A DNA stretch of 57,897 nucleotides from Promethearchaeia archaeon (GTDB lineage: Archaea > Asgardarchaeota > Lokiarchaeia > Sigyniarchaeales > SOKP01), in NCBI GenBank assembly GCA_029856085.1, contig JAHQWI010000034.1, positions 1 through 57,897 on the forward strand. Direction: 5' to 3'. The notes beneath the pieces were generated by a model. The model ran no database searches. It had not been told where the DNA came from and saw only the letters and a program-made list of their open reading frames with translations. The translations under genes were made by a program, and so were the position numbers. Shown here piece by piece: positions 9,601 to 19,134 of this stretch (position 1 is its first letter; every line of letters starts with the position of its first letter).

Positions 9601-10101
9601 ATGATAAAAAGGATTGTGCATTTTAATGTGGTCTGTTCAGACATTGAAAAATCATTAGAATTCTATTGTGATCTACTAGGAGGGCATCTACTCGGTAATA
9701 GAGAGAAGGAAGCCATTATTAAGAGGAAGACCGAGAGCCATGGCGTCGGGATTGGTCTTGGATTGGGGGAGACGGCCGAATGGAAAGGTTGGCTTATTCG
9801 GTTTGGTTATGATAAGAGTTCTACAGTAATTGATCTTCTTCAATGGACTAAACCACCTTCCACTGGAAAATCTTATGAAAGATTAAACAACGTTGGAATC
9901 ACTCGGTTCGCTCTAGAAGTGGATGATGTTGACAAAATATATAAAGATCTGAAGTCAAAGGGCGTCGAATTCATCAGTCCTCCTCAAGATGCAGACCTAG
10001 CACCTGAGACACCTGGCCAGGGGCTAATAAGACTCGTTACAGCCAAAGATCCAGATGGAATTGGAGTAGAATTCGTAGAATTTATCCGGAATCAGGATTG
10101 A
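9601..10101 (+). CDS. VOC-family (glyoxalase/bleomycin-resistance/dioxygenase) protein
   Basis: The N-terminal IVHFNVVCSDIEKSLEFYCDLLGG and C-terminal DPDGIGVEFVEF blocks are typical of VOC modules. The gene is visibly more GC-rich than its flanks. Confidence 0.85.
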   Translation: MIKRIVHFNVVCSDIEKSLEFYCDLLGGHLLGNREKEAIIKRKTESHGVGIGLGLGETAEWKGWLIRFGYDKSSTVIDLLQWTKPPSTGKSYERLNNVGITRFALEVDDVDKIYKDLKSKGVEFISPPQDADLAPETPGQGLIRLVTAKDPDGIGVEFVEFIRNQD

Positions 10102-10377
10102 ACGACTGGGAAACAGGTAAATGACTCAGTATTTATTTTTCAATATGGTATATATCTATATCCGAGATTGTTGTTACTAAACCATTATTTTCTCCGCTCA
10201 TCTGGTACCTCCACTCTTGGTCTTTTATCTTTGTATTTTATTAGATAGTTTCAGAAATTTCATTTTTCTTTAACATCTAGATAATAATAAAGATATACTA
10301 ATAAATTTTCGAACGAATTGTGGTTTATTTAATCAATAACTTTAGAGTATTTGCCCTTGATCAGTTCGAATCATGCG

Positions 10378-10420
10378 AATAAATCATAAATCATAACCAC
10401 TTAATAACTACACTTATTTT
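10378..10420 (+). repeat. 43-bp direct repeat, copy 2
   Basis: AATAAATCATAAATCATAACCACTTAATAACTACACTTATTTT, 40/43 identical to 9427..9469. It ends 22 nt before the ATG at 10443. Confidence 0.8.
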
Positions 10421-10442
10421 AACATAAATATTAATCAACTCT

Positions 10443-11630
10443 ATGTTAAATCACAGATTAATTAATCCCCCTCGAGAACCCAAGAAGTTTATTAAGGAAG
10501 CAATTAAATTCCTGAATAAGCATGCTAAAGGTAAAAAAGTATTTTGTGCTTTATCAGGGGGAATTGATAGCTCAACGGCGTACCTTTTACTCAAAAAGGC
10601 AAAAATTGATACAATCCCTGTTTTTATTGATCATGGGTTAATGAGAGTTATTAGAGGTGTCGAAGAGAGAGAATATATTAAAAAATTGTTTCCTGATATA
10701 ATTATATTAGATATTCGTGACCAATTTCTTACCAAAATTATAGGTGAAGGAGATGCTGAAAAGAAAAGACATTTATTCAAGGATGCCTATTCTGGTACTA
10801 TTAGTGAAGTTATAAAAGAAGAAAAATGCGATCTTCTCGCAGATGGAACAATACTCCCCGATATAGAGGAAAGTTTTGGGGTGAAAATCACTGATTTAAA
10901 AGAAACTATGACATTAGATGAAGAACTTGCCTTGAAAAATACTCATATGAAAGGGTTTGTAAAAAGTCAGCATAATGTAGAAATTGAATATGAAGTTGAG
11001 GCAACAATTCAACCAGTAGCAAGTTTAACTAAACATGAGATACGTAAAGTGCTTGAATATCTAGGAATGCCAAATGACCTAATTTATAGGAAAGCGTTTC
11101 CAGGACCTGCCTTATCAGCTCGAATCATTGGTCCTGTCACCTTTGAAAACTTAAAATTTGAGAAAAAGGTTCATGACCTCGTCGAATCTCGTGTAGAAGA
11201 TTTCTATAAAAATAAATATGGAAAGACAATGATTATAAACGATTATGGCGAACAGGAACCCTTCCAAGTTTTTGCTGCAATTAGTGAAGGTGTTATTAAT
11301 AAGAAAGTTACTGGATTAGTTGATGGAAGCAGAACTTATCAGACACCTAAAATTGAAAAAGGAGAATGGGATTATAATAGGCTTATTAAAAAAGCTTCAG
11401 TAATAGAAGGTTTTTCTCGGATTTTATTTGAACTAGGTAATAATCCTACAGGTCAATATGATGTAATCATTAGATCAATCAATAGTAGAGATGCCAGAAC
11501 CGCAACAGTCACAAATTTACCACTTGAGCTGTTAAAACAGATAAAACAAGACCTTCTTGAAATTCCTAAAACTAAAATCGTATACTTCGATGTAACTCCA
11601 AAACCACCAGCAACAATAGAATATGTATAA
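10443..11630 (+). CDS. GMP-synthase-like PP-loop ATP pyrophosphatase (GuaA C-terminal type, no glutaminase domain)
   Basis: PP-loop SGGIDSS, FPGPALSARIIGPV, and a GMP-synthase dimerisation-domain ending KPPATIEYV (canonical KPPATIEWE). At 395 aa it is longer than the usual archaeal subunit B. Confidence 0.7.
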   Translation: MLNHRLINPPREPKKFIKEAIKFLNKHAKGKKVFCALSGGIDSSTAYLLLKKAKIDTIPVFIDHGLMRVIRGVEEREYIKKLFPDIIILDIRDQFLTKIIGEGDAEKKRHLFKDAYSGTISEVIKEEKCDLLADGTILPDIEESFGVKITDLKETMTLDEELALKNTHMKGFVKSQHNVEIEYEVEATIQPVASLTKHEIRKVLEYLGMPNDLIYRKAFPGPALSARIIGPVTFENLKFEKKVHDLVESRVEDFYKNKYGKTMIINDYGEQEPFQVFAAISEGVINKKVTGLVDGSRTYQTPKIEKGEWDYNRLIKKASVIEGFSRILFELGNNPTGQYDVIIRSINSRDARTATVTNLPLELLKQIKQDLLEIPKTKIVYFDVTPKPPATIEYV

Positions 11631-11723
11631 ATATTATTACATGGAAATGTCTTGCTTCATCTAACATATAACTCCCATTTTATATTTTATTAAACATTAC
11701 TATGAGTTTATTTTATCTTGAAA

Positions 11724-12521
11724 CTAAGTAAGAAAATCAATAATCATTTTTGCGATTAGCAATGGGTTTGGTGTAAAAAGACCATGTCCAAGGCTATCAA
11801 GTAAAGATAATCTTGCTTCAGGTATGTTTTCTGCTAATAGAATTGAGTTTTCATGAGGAACTAGTATATCTTCCTTCCCGCTTAACACTAAAGTTGGAGC
11901 TTTTATGCCTTTTAGCCTTTCATATGAATTAAAACTAAATGCTGCCATCAATTGACGTCTGTACGCATAGGGTGGTATTGGCGCTAAGAGAGATCTACGT
12001 ATATATTCTTCCACCTCAACGGAGTTATTTTGTATAAAACTTTCAGTGAAATAAATGGGAAGCCAATTTCTGAGTAATTCTTCATCTGATAAGCCTTTCC
12101 GATTACTAGCTAGTCCTTCTCTTACTTCTTCCGATGCAGGAACGCTTTTTGGACCGCCACACCCTGCTGAACATAATATAAGTTTTTTTACTTTTTCAGG
12201 ATAATTTAAAGCGATCTCTTGACCAATTGATCCCCCCATTGAATATCCAAGTATGTGTGCTTTTTCTATATTTAAAACTTTCATTAGACCAGTTGTATCA
12301 TCAGCCATCATCTTAATTGAATATTCGGTATCAGGTTTATCTGTACGACCTGCTCCTCTATTATCGAACAGAACCACTTTAAAATGTTTTGAAATTTCTT
12401 TCACTAAACTCAAAGGCCAACGATATACATCAGAGGATAATCCTCTTATCATTAAAAGCGGAAAACCCTCTCCATGAATCTCGTAATATATATTTATATC
12501 ATTAACTTTTACTTTTGGCAA
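11724..12521 (-). CDS. Alpha/beta-fold hydrolase
   Basis: Nucleophile elbow GYSMGG, an HG oxyanion region (IHGEGFPLLMIRG) and a C-terminal GH (SLGHGLF). Confidence 0.85.
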   Translation of the reverse strand: MPKVKVNDINIYYEIHGEGFPLLMIRGLSSDVYRWPLSLVKEISKHFKVVLFDNRGAGRTDKPDTEYSIKMMADDTTGLMKVLNIEKAHILGYSMGGSIGQEIALNYPEKVKKLILCSAGCGGPKSVPASEEVREGLASNRKGLSDEELLRNWLPIYFTESFIQNNSVEVEEYIRRSLLAPIPPYAYRRQLMAAFSFNSYERLKGIKAPTLVLSGKEDILVPHENSILLAENIPEARLSLLDSLGHGLFTPNPLLIAKMIIDFLT

Positions 12522-12650
12522 AAATGGATTATCTCCAAATATTTTTATTTATTAAATTTTTTAGGAAGTCAAGTTAAAAAAGAATTAGCTTTTTTGGTAT
12601 ATAAAGGCTTATATACTACAAGGTACCATAAGAACTTATTGAATATAATT

Positions 12651-13457
12651 ATGAAAGAAAACCAAAAAATAATAATAACCGCTACCACGGCAAATTCTTT
12701 GGTATATTCTGAAGTAAAAAATTGGGCAGAAACAACTGAGCAACTAATTGAGGATGTAGTCGAATGTTGTGAAGCTGGTGCTGCAGTTGCTCATGTTCAC
12801 TTGCCTCGAGGAGAGGAAATTGAAACAGTCAAAAGGATACGAGAAAGATGTGATATAATTATTCAGGCGGGGCTGTCTAGTGAGTCGATCCAACAAAGAA
12901 AAGGAGATTTTGATGCTAAACCAGAAATGATGTCAGTAATGCTGAATCATGATGCTGAGTATTTTGATCAAGTTAAAGTGGATATTCTACATCCAATAAA
13001 AGAATTGGAAGAATACTGTATGAAATTAAAAAAATATAATATTAAGCCTGATTGGGAATTGTGGCATACGGGATCTTCCTGGAATTTAAATTATTTAATC
13101 GATAAAAGATTAATAGAATGGTCAAATCCGCATATTTTAACTTTATTCTTCAATTGGCCAGGAGGTATGTGGAGTCCAGCAAATTATCAAGAATATATGT
13201 ATAGAAAAAAATTCATACCACAGAAATCTATTCATGGTGTGAGTGTAATGGGAGAAGATCAAATGAAGCTTTTAGTATTTGTTCTTACCCATGATGGAAA
13301 TATAAGGGTTGGTACGGAGGATTACCCGTTCATTAAAAAGGAAAAACCAGCAAAAAATAATGCAGAAATTATAAAAAATTATGTCGATATTTGTAAATAT
13401 GTTCGTCGTGAAATAGCAGATCCATCAGAAGCAAGAGTTATATTAGGATTAAAATAA
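12651..13457 (+). CDS. 3-keto-5-aminohexanoate cleavage enzyme family protein (BKACE/DUF849)
   Basis: KIIITATTANS...EQLIEDVVECCEAGAAVAHVHLP matches the BKACE N-terminal pattern. I moved the start to ATG 12651 (residue 60 of the track ORF). The upstream 59 codons are low-complexity and overlap the convergent hydrolase gene. Confidence 0.75.
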   Translation: MKENQKIIITATTANSLVYSEVKNWAETTEQLIEDVVECCEAGAAVAHVHLPRGEEIETVKRIRERCDIIIQAGLSSESIQQRKGDFDAKPEMMSVMLNHDAEYFDQVKVDILHPIKELEEYCMKLKKYNIKPDWELWHTGSSWNLNYLIDKRLIEWSNPHILTLFFNWPGGMWSPANYQEYMYRKKFIPQKSIHGVSVMGEDQMKLLVFVLTHDGNIRVGTEDYPFIKKEKPAKNNAEIIKNYVDICKYVRREIADPSEARVILGLK

Positions 13458-13567
13458 CAATGGTGAAGGAAGAGAAGTTTATACACATTCTAGTACTGCT
13501 AATTAGCGTTAATTAAAAAAATTAAGAGAATTTAAATTAGTAAAAATATGATATTTAAAATAAATAG

Positions 13568-14266
13568 GTGTTAAATTTGGTAAAGCATATTGGAATTGTT
13601 GCTTGTAGTGCAGAAGGGGCAGCCTTATGTTATACTACAATATGTATAGAAGCGCAAGAAAAATTGTTTAAATATAGACATCCTGAGATCACTATGCATA
13701 CACCACCTCTTTCTGATTATATGCAATACATTTGGAATGGGGATTGGGAAAAAGTAGCAGAGCTAATGCTCACTTCCACGGAAATTGTAGCAAAAGCAGG
13801 AGCTGATTTTGCAATTTGCCCTGATAATACAATACACCAAGCATATAACCTAATGATATCCAGATCACCAATCCCTTGGTTGAATATTGCAGAAGTTGTA
13901 GGAGAAGAAGCTAAAAATAAGAAATTTAAACATTTAGGTATATTGGGAACAAAATATCTTGTCACATCACCAGTTTATCCCGATGCTCTTAAAAAATTTC
14001 GGATTAACTGTGAAATTCTACAAGAAAGAGATCAAGAAAAAATAGATCATATAATTTTTGAAGAATTAGTAAATGGTATTTTTACTGAGAAATCTAGTGT
14101 ATTTTTTAATAAGATACTACAAAAACTTAAAGCTAACGGTTGTGATGCGGTTGTATTAGGATGTACGGAAATACCTCTATTAGTTGATCCAGATAATTCA
14201 CCGTTACCCCTCCTCGATTCTACACGATTGCTCGCAAGAGCTGCTATTAAAAAAGCTCTTGAATAA
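13568..14266 (+). CDS. Aspartate/glutamate racemase family protein
   Basis: Two catalytic-Cys blocks: IGIVACSAEGAALCY near the N-terminus and VVLGCTEIPLL near the C-terminus. GTG start. Confidence 0.8.
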   Translation: MLNLVKHIGIVACSAEGAALCYTTICIEAQEKLFKYRHPEITMHTPPLSDYMQYIWNGDWEKVAELMLTSTEIVAKAGADFAICPDNTIHQAYNLMISRSPIPWLNIAEVVGEEAKNKKFKHLGILGTKYLVTSPVYPDALKKFRINCEILQERDQEKIDHIIFEELVNGIFTEKSSVFFNKILQKLKANGCDAVVLGCTEIPLLVDPDNSPLPLLDSTRLLARAAIKKALE

Positions 14267-14294
14267 AAGTATAATTTTTCAATTTCTTCAATTT

Positions 14295-15365
14295 TTATTT
14301 TATTTCTTTAGGCTTTTCTCTAGGCAATCTTTCATCTATAGGCAGTAATGGGTTAAACTTTTTATGAGGTTCTGTTTGATACCAATATGCAGTTGATGAC
14401 CAATCATCCGAACGTTGATTAGCGTGTCCATGTTCTATTTTTATCTTAATATTTTTATGAAAGTAAATTGGATCCTCAATATGATACCGATAATATGAGA
14501 TCTTTCCACTCCAATTCTTCCCACCAGTTAAAGTTACTCCAAAATAAGGTGAACAATAATATTGAATAGGGCACCACGAGCCACAGAAATAGTCTTCTGT
14601 TCCTGTTCCATAAAGAACGATTTCACCATCATCAATCTCAATGTAATCATCGCCTTCACCTGGCCAATTATGTCTTTCAGTTTCAAATAAGTTGTGGATA
14701 TCTAAATGACACCCCACGTAATGTCCCTCTCCCTCAGCTTCCATAACTAAATAATCTTCTTCATGAGAGGGATTTTTTTTACTAAACATTGATGCTTTAT
14801 AATTTCTTTTCTTTAGATATTCATAGTCTTGACCTTCACAAGGATTTTTTCTTCTCCATAAAGCATGAAATCTTCCATAAGATGGTTCAATTTCAGAATA
14901 TTCCTCATAATCAATATAAAAATAACATATTAATTTGCTTTCATCGCTTTCATTTTCGACTTCGATTCTTGCTCTTCTAGAAAACGGCATGGGGAAAAAG
15001 CAATTAAAGCCCTTGCCATCATTAGGACCCATTGATAGTGGTAAACTCCAAAAATTTACAGTTTTCCCATGTCCAATACCAAAAAAATCACCAATTGGAC
15101 ATTCAACAGAGGGATTTTCTTCATCATCCCACCACATTCGAATAATGACTTTCCTTAAATAATTATTATCTTGGGATGCCAATGTCATCCAAATGTGTTT
15201 TATTATACCCGATCCATGTATATCACATATATTGTATTTTTCCTTGTTTTCTATAAATACAAAATCTGCATTTGCCCCACTTTTATCGTAGCTGGAAATT
15301 CTCTTTCTTTTGACATTTTTTTTAATTTTTGCTAAATTCGAGAGCGAATTAAAACCAAATTCCAT
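14295..15365 (-). CDS. DUF2961 (GH172-like) family protein
   Basis: ISSYDKSGANADFVFIE, GSGIIKHIWMT, WWDDEENPSVECPIGDFFG and NCFFPMPFSRRARIEVENES follow the DUF2961 consensus as I recall it. Confidence 0.7.
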   Translation of the reverse strand: MEFGFNSLSNLAKIKKNVKRKRISSYDKSGANADFVFIENKEKYNICDIHGSGIIKHIWMTLASQDNNYLRKVIIRMWWDDEENPSVECPIGDFFGIGHGKTVNFWSLPLSMGPNDGKGFNCFFPMPFSRRARIEVENESDESKLICYFYIDYEEYSEIEPSYGRFHALWRRKNPCEGQDYEYLKKRNYKASMFSKKNPSHEEDYLVMEAEGEGHYVGCHLDIHNLFETERHNWPGEGDDYIEIDDGEIVLYGTGTEDYFCGSWCPIQYYCSPYFGVTLTGGKNWSGKISYYRYHIEDPIYFHKNIKIKIEHGHANQRSDDWSSTAYWYQTEPHKKFNPLLPIDERLPREKPKEIK

Positions 15366-15454
15366 TTAAATCCCCTATAAATAATTATAAGATTAAATTT
15401 TTGAAATGAATTAAGGTTTATTATAAGCAATATCTAATTTGAGCTCGATTCTTA

Positions 15455-15871
15455 TCATTGCCCCTGAATCTGTACATAAATCCTTCTATTACGAGGACCA
15501 TCAAATTCAGCAAACATTATACCTTGCCATGTTCCAAGCATTAACCTGTTTTCATGGATTAACAATTCAACTGAGTGTCCTATAAGCGAACATTTGATAT
15601 GGGCATCTGAATTTCCTTCTCTATGCTTAAAGGTGTATCCTAATCCTCCTTCATGTGGAATAAGTTTTCCTAAATAGTTACTTATGTCTTTTATTACTGA
15701 AGGATCTGCATTTTCATTAATTGTTATCCCTGCTGTAGTATGAGGTATAAATACTCGACATATACCCTCTTCTATATTTGAATCTCTTACAATTTTATGT
15801 ACTTCATTAGTTACATCTAGAAGTATTTCTCTATCTGGTGTTTTAAGTCCAAATTCTTCAAATTTTATCAT
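15455..15871 (-). CDS. YjbQ/UPF0047 family protein (secondary thiamine-phosphate synthase-like)
   Basis: HTTAGITINENADPSV, HREGNSDAHIKCSL and LGTWQGIMFAEFDGPRNR are the family signature blocks. Confidence 0.85.
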   Translation of the reverse strand: MIKFEEFGLKTPDREILLDVTNEVHKIVRDSNIEEGICRVFIPHTTAGITINENADPSVIKDISNYLGKLIPHEGGLGYTFKHREGNSDAHIKCSLIGHSVELLIHENRLMLGTWQGIMFAEFDGPRNRRIYVQIQGQ

Positions 15872-15916
15872 ATCATCACCAATTATTATTTAATTTGTAA
15901 ATACATAAATTAGTTT

Positions 15917-16684
15917 CTATTCATCAAAAGAGCCATGTTTTCCTTTTCCTTGAATAAAGTCTTTACTCCCTTTTAGATGTTCTCCTGCTTCTAAAGTATT
16001 TAAACCATATTCAAACTCTTGAAGCATTGCATCTTTTATATTCAATCCAAACTGACTATAAGAGGATAATCTGTCATTTCTCATACATATTTGTGGAAAT
16101 TCAGCAATCTGTCTTGCTAATTTCTCAGCTTCTTGTCTTGATTGCCCAATATCAACAATTCGATTTGCTAATCCCCAATTATATGCTTCCTCTGCATTGA
16201 CAGGACGCCCTGTAAGAATCATATCTAAAGCTCGACTTAACCCAATAAGCCTTGGAAGTCGAACTGTACCACCATCAATCAGAGGGACTCCAAATCTTCG
16301 GCAAAATACCCCAAATATGGCATCTCTCTCAACTACTCGCATATCACACCATAAAGCAAGTTCAAGACCCCCTGCAACTGCGTATCCTGCTACTGCAGCA
16401 ATCACTGGTTTGGATAACTGCAGTCTTGATGGACCCATTGGACCATCCCCATCTTTTTCTTTTCGATTTCCCCCTCCCTCAGCAATATTTTTCAAGTTTG
16501 CTCCTGAGCAAAAAGTTTCATTTGCTCCCCATAAGACACCAACTAAAGCTTTTTCATCTAATTCAAATTCTCTAAATGCATTAGCAAGTTGATTAGCAGC
16601 ATCTTTATCTACAGCATTTTTCACTTCTGGATTATCAATTATTACTGTAAAAATTGGATAATTCTTTTCGACTCTAATTACCAT
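15917..16684 (-). CDS. Enoyl-CoA hydratase/isomerase (crotonase fold)
   Basis: FCSGANL, the oxyanion-hole segment PVIAAVAGYAVAGGLELALWCD, and GGTVRLPRLIG. Confidence 0.9.
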   Translation of the reverse strand: MVIRVEKNYPIFTVIIDNPEVKNAVDKDAANQLANAFREFELDEKALVGVLWGANETFCSGANLKNIAEGGGNRKEKDGDGPMGPSRLQLSKPVIAAVAGYAVAGGLELALWCDMRVVERDAIFGVFCRRFGVPLIDGGTVRLPRLIGLSRALDMILTGRPVNAEEAYNWGLANRIVDIGQSRQEAEKLARQIAEFPQICMRNDRLSSYSQFGLNIKDAMLQEFEYGLNTLEAGEHLKGSKDFIQGKGKHGSFDE

Positions 16685-16800
16685 ATAAGAAATAGTAGTT
16701 GAATAAAAAAAAATATTCCTTTAGGAAAAACCAGATTTGTAGAATTAATTTAAAAAATACAGCTGATAATGAAATAAAAAAATGAAATTATAAAAATAAA

Positions 16801-17898
16801 TTATTTTTGATTTGTTAGATACTGATTCATTTCCATGAAACTACTTGTTCTAATAAGTGCTGCTTTAAGAAATTGGAACCCAATATCATATGTAGAGCCA
16901 TCTCCTCCAATATGAATAACCCAGGGGATATCTCTATCATATAGACCCTTAGCTTTCATGATTTTTTTAGCTGTTATTATGCCATCTGCAACTGTGGCAC
17001 CTGATTCAAATAAGTGATGCACCCAGGGAACATTCCAAGAAGTTACGTTATCTTTCGAAGTGGATACTTCAGAGCAGCTTGTATTATTCACATAAATAAT
17101 ATTATTGCCTGCTACAGCTGTAGCAGCAGTAGCCATTTGATTTAACACCATTCCTGCCCCACATCCAGGACAAAGCCCATGACCTCGTTGTAAATGAGTT
17201 TGAGGAACTAATTTTTTTCTATTTACCCTATATAAATCAATTGGCTTTTCAGCTCCGAATTGTTCAATTAATCCTTTTAATTTTTCATTTCTTTTTTCTG
17301 TTAAATAAATGATTTCATTAATTTCTTTTTCCATGAATTTTGGTTTAAATAAATGTCTAAATCTCCCCATTGATTTTAGGTATTCTACAAATTTATCTTT
17401 ATCAAGATCTAATCCTCGGTAATATGTAAAAACTGGAATTCCATCTTCCACTCTAATAGTATATAACGGCCAATAGCCACAGTCTGTTGCTAATTTTGAT
17501 ATTTTGAATGCGTCAGCAGCTTCATGTCTCCAACCTCTCATACAATCTGAATATGCTTGAATGAATGCAGAACCATTTGATTTGAGAGCATCCATCATCT
17601 TTCCCATAAAATCATTAGGATATGCTGGGTTAACTGTAGCTAAGAAAAGTTTTTTAGTCCCATAGAAAGCGAAGGGTGTAACTAAATCTTGTTTTACTCC
17701 AACCTTTCCAGGTATTTTCTCTCCTGCAGGACCAGTTGTTGTAGATGCGTAAGGAGGAGTTGCTCCACTTTCTTGAATTCCCGTGTTCATAAACGCTTCA
17801 TTATCATAGTTAAAGAATAACACATTGCATTTTCCATCTCTTGCTAAAATATCTTCAAAATTAATTATAGTTCTTTCTGGTTTTGACATTCTATTCAC
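16801..17898 (-). CDS. 2-oxoacid:ferredoxin oxidoreductase beta (TPP-binding) subunit, circularly permuted
   Basis: The canonical C-terminal half (NYDNEAFMNTGIQESGATP...YWPLY...YLKSMGRFRHL) comes first. The canonical N-terminal half (GHGLCPGCGAG...TSCSEV...WVHHLFESGA...IGGDGSTYDIG) comes last. An 8-nt overlap with the alpha gene indicates one operon. Confidence 0.85.
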   Translation of the reverse strand: MNRMSKPERTIINFEDILARDGKCNVLFFNYDNEAFMNTGIQESGATPPYASTTTGPAGEKIPGKVGVKQDLVTPFAFYGTKKLFLATVNPAYPNDFMGKMMDALKSNGSAFIQAYSDCMRGWRHEAADAFKISKLATDCGYWPLYTIRVEDGIPVFTYYRGLDLDKDKFVEYLKSMGRFRHLFKPKFMEKEINEIIYLTEKRNEKLKGLIEQFGAEKPIDLYRVNRKKLVPQTHLQRGHGLCPGCGAGMVLNQMATAATAVAGNNIIYVNNTSCSEVSTSKDNVTSWNVPWVHHLFESGATVADGIITAKKIMKAKGLYDRDIPWVIHIGGDGSTYDIGFQFLKAALIRTSSFMEMNQYLTNQK

Positions 17899-19120
17899 TC
17901 ACCCCAAGAATTTTTTCCTTAGTTTCTCTTACCCCGAGATACATATAAAGTGGACCTTTCATATCAGTTATCGAAGCCATTTTCTTTTTCGCAATATCAA
18001 ATTCATCTCTGGTAACATCTCGACCACCTAAACCCACAATAAAACTTCTAAAGATTGTTCCAAGTGGATAAAGTGCAGTAGCTATGGACATTGAAAAGGG
18101 AGGTAACATGCCATTTAAAGAATCGCTTTTTTCTAGCAGAATAAGCTTTTCTATACCATATTCTTCAATAATTTTTCTTAGTTCTTCATAAGGAAATGGT
18201 CTAAAGGCTCGGATTTTGATTAAGCCAATATCCTTATTTTTAGTCATCCAGCTTATTATATTCCCAGACAATGATCCCATAGTACATATTGCTGTTTTTG
18301 ATGAATTATCCAAATTATAAGTTTCAATTAAATTATATTCTCTCCCAGTTTCTTTTTTAAATTTTTTGAACACATCAGTCATTTGACCCAAAACTGGTTC
18401 TTTAGCTTTATCTAAATTAGCTCTGCCTTCCATAAAATAAGCAGGAGTGACTATTCCACCCCAAGTTCCCGGTTTTGAAGGGTCAATTGTCTCTCTTGGT
18501 TTTTTGGGAGTCATTCTTTTTACAATTTCATCAGGAATTAAAGTTAATTTTTGTACAGAATGAGATATTATAAATCCATCATGAACGAAAATTGTTGGGA
18601 ACAAAGAATCTTCGGATATCATAACTGAAAGTATCGCTGCATCATAGGTCTCTTGAACATTTTCAGAAACGATTATATTCCACCCAAGTTCCGAATTAAC
18701 TTGTGTATATTCCCAAGAATTCCAAATAGATAAATTTGGGGAGTTAAAAGCACGAGCGGAAATCATCATCGTTAAGGGTAATCTCCATCCAACTGCCATT
18801 GGTAGAGCCTCTGTCATCAATAAGTACCCTTGACTTGCTGTAGCAGTAAAAGCTCTTGCTCCTGCGGCACACGCTGCAGTTGAGAAACTTATCGCAGCCA
18901 ATTCAGATTCGACATTTACAAAGGCAGCCTTTAATCTACCTTGATGGACTACATCAGATAATCCTTCTACTGATTGGGTTTGTGGTGTAATGGGAAAAGC
19001 ACAGATAACATCTGGGTCAGTTTGAGTAACACCACCAGCAACGGCATAATTTCCTATCATCGTGGTGGTGATTGGCTCTTTAATTTCTTTAAAAAATAAT
19101 TTCATTGGTTCAATACTCAA
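17891..19120 (-). CDS. 2-oxoacid:ferredoxin oxidoreductase alpha subunit
   Basis: GNYAVAGG...AFPITPQT...VESELAAISF..GAARAGARAFTATASQG-type blocks of PorA/KorA. 409 aa. Confidence 0.85.
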   Translation of the reverse strand: MSIEPMKLFFKEIKEPITTTMIGNYAVAGGVTQTDPDVICAFPITPQTQSVEGLSDVVHQGRLKAAFVNVESELAAISFSTAACAAGARAFTATASQGYLLMTEALPMAVGWRLPLTMMISARAFNSPNLSIWNSWEYTQVNSELGWNIIVSENVQETYDAAILSVMISEDSLFPTIFVHDGFIISHSVQKLTLIPDEIVKRMTPKKPRETIDPSKPGTWGGIVTPAYFMEGRANLDKAKEPVLGQMTDVFKKFKKETGREYNLIETYNLDNSSKTAICTMGSLSGNIISWMTKNKDIGLIKIRAFRPFPYEELRKIIEEYGIEKLILLEKSDSLNGMLPPFSMSIATALYPLGTIFRSFIVGLGGRDVTRDEFDIAKKKMASITDMKGPLYMYLGVRETKEKILGVSE

Positions 19121-19134
19121 TTTTATCTACCTCT

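Noticed and set aside
10133-10201. 22-codon minus-strand ORF (MSGENNGLVTTISDIDIYHIEK) with GGAGGT 6 nt upstream of the ATG
   Set aside because: The SD-like element is striking, but the ORF is very short, has no paralogue or recognisable motif, and lies between the VOC stop and repeat copy 2. Sequence alone gives insufficient support.
12474-12650. N-terminal 59 codons of track ORF 12474..13457
   Set aside because: The extension is low-complexity (IYIYIINFYFW...), overlaps the start of the opposite-strand, divergently transcribed hydrolase gene, and precedes the conserved BKACE N-terminus. The internal ATG at 12651 is the likely start.
16197-16592. Antisense ORFs inside large genes. Examples: 16197..16592 and 16252..16575 in the crotonase gene, 50027..50464 in the thiolase gene, 23519..23983 in the protease gene, 25401..27576 in hdrA, and 57525..57785 in the PAS gene.
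   Set aside because: All lie fully within longer ORFs that have strong family signatures on the opposite strand. Their translations are compositionally odd (S/P/L/F-rich) and motif-free, so they are shadow ORFs.
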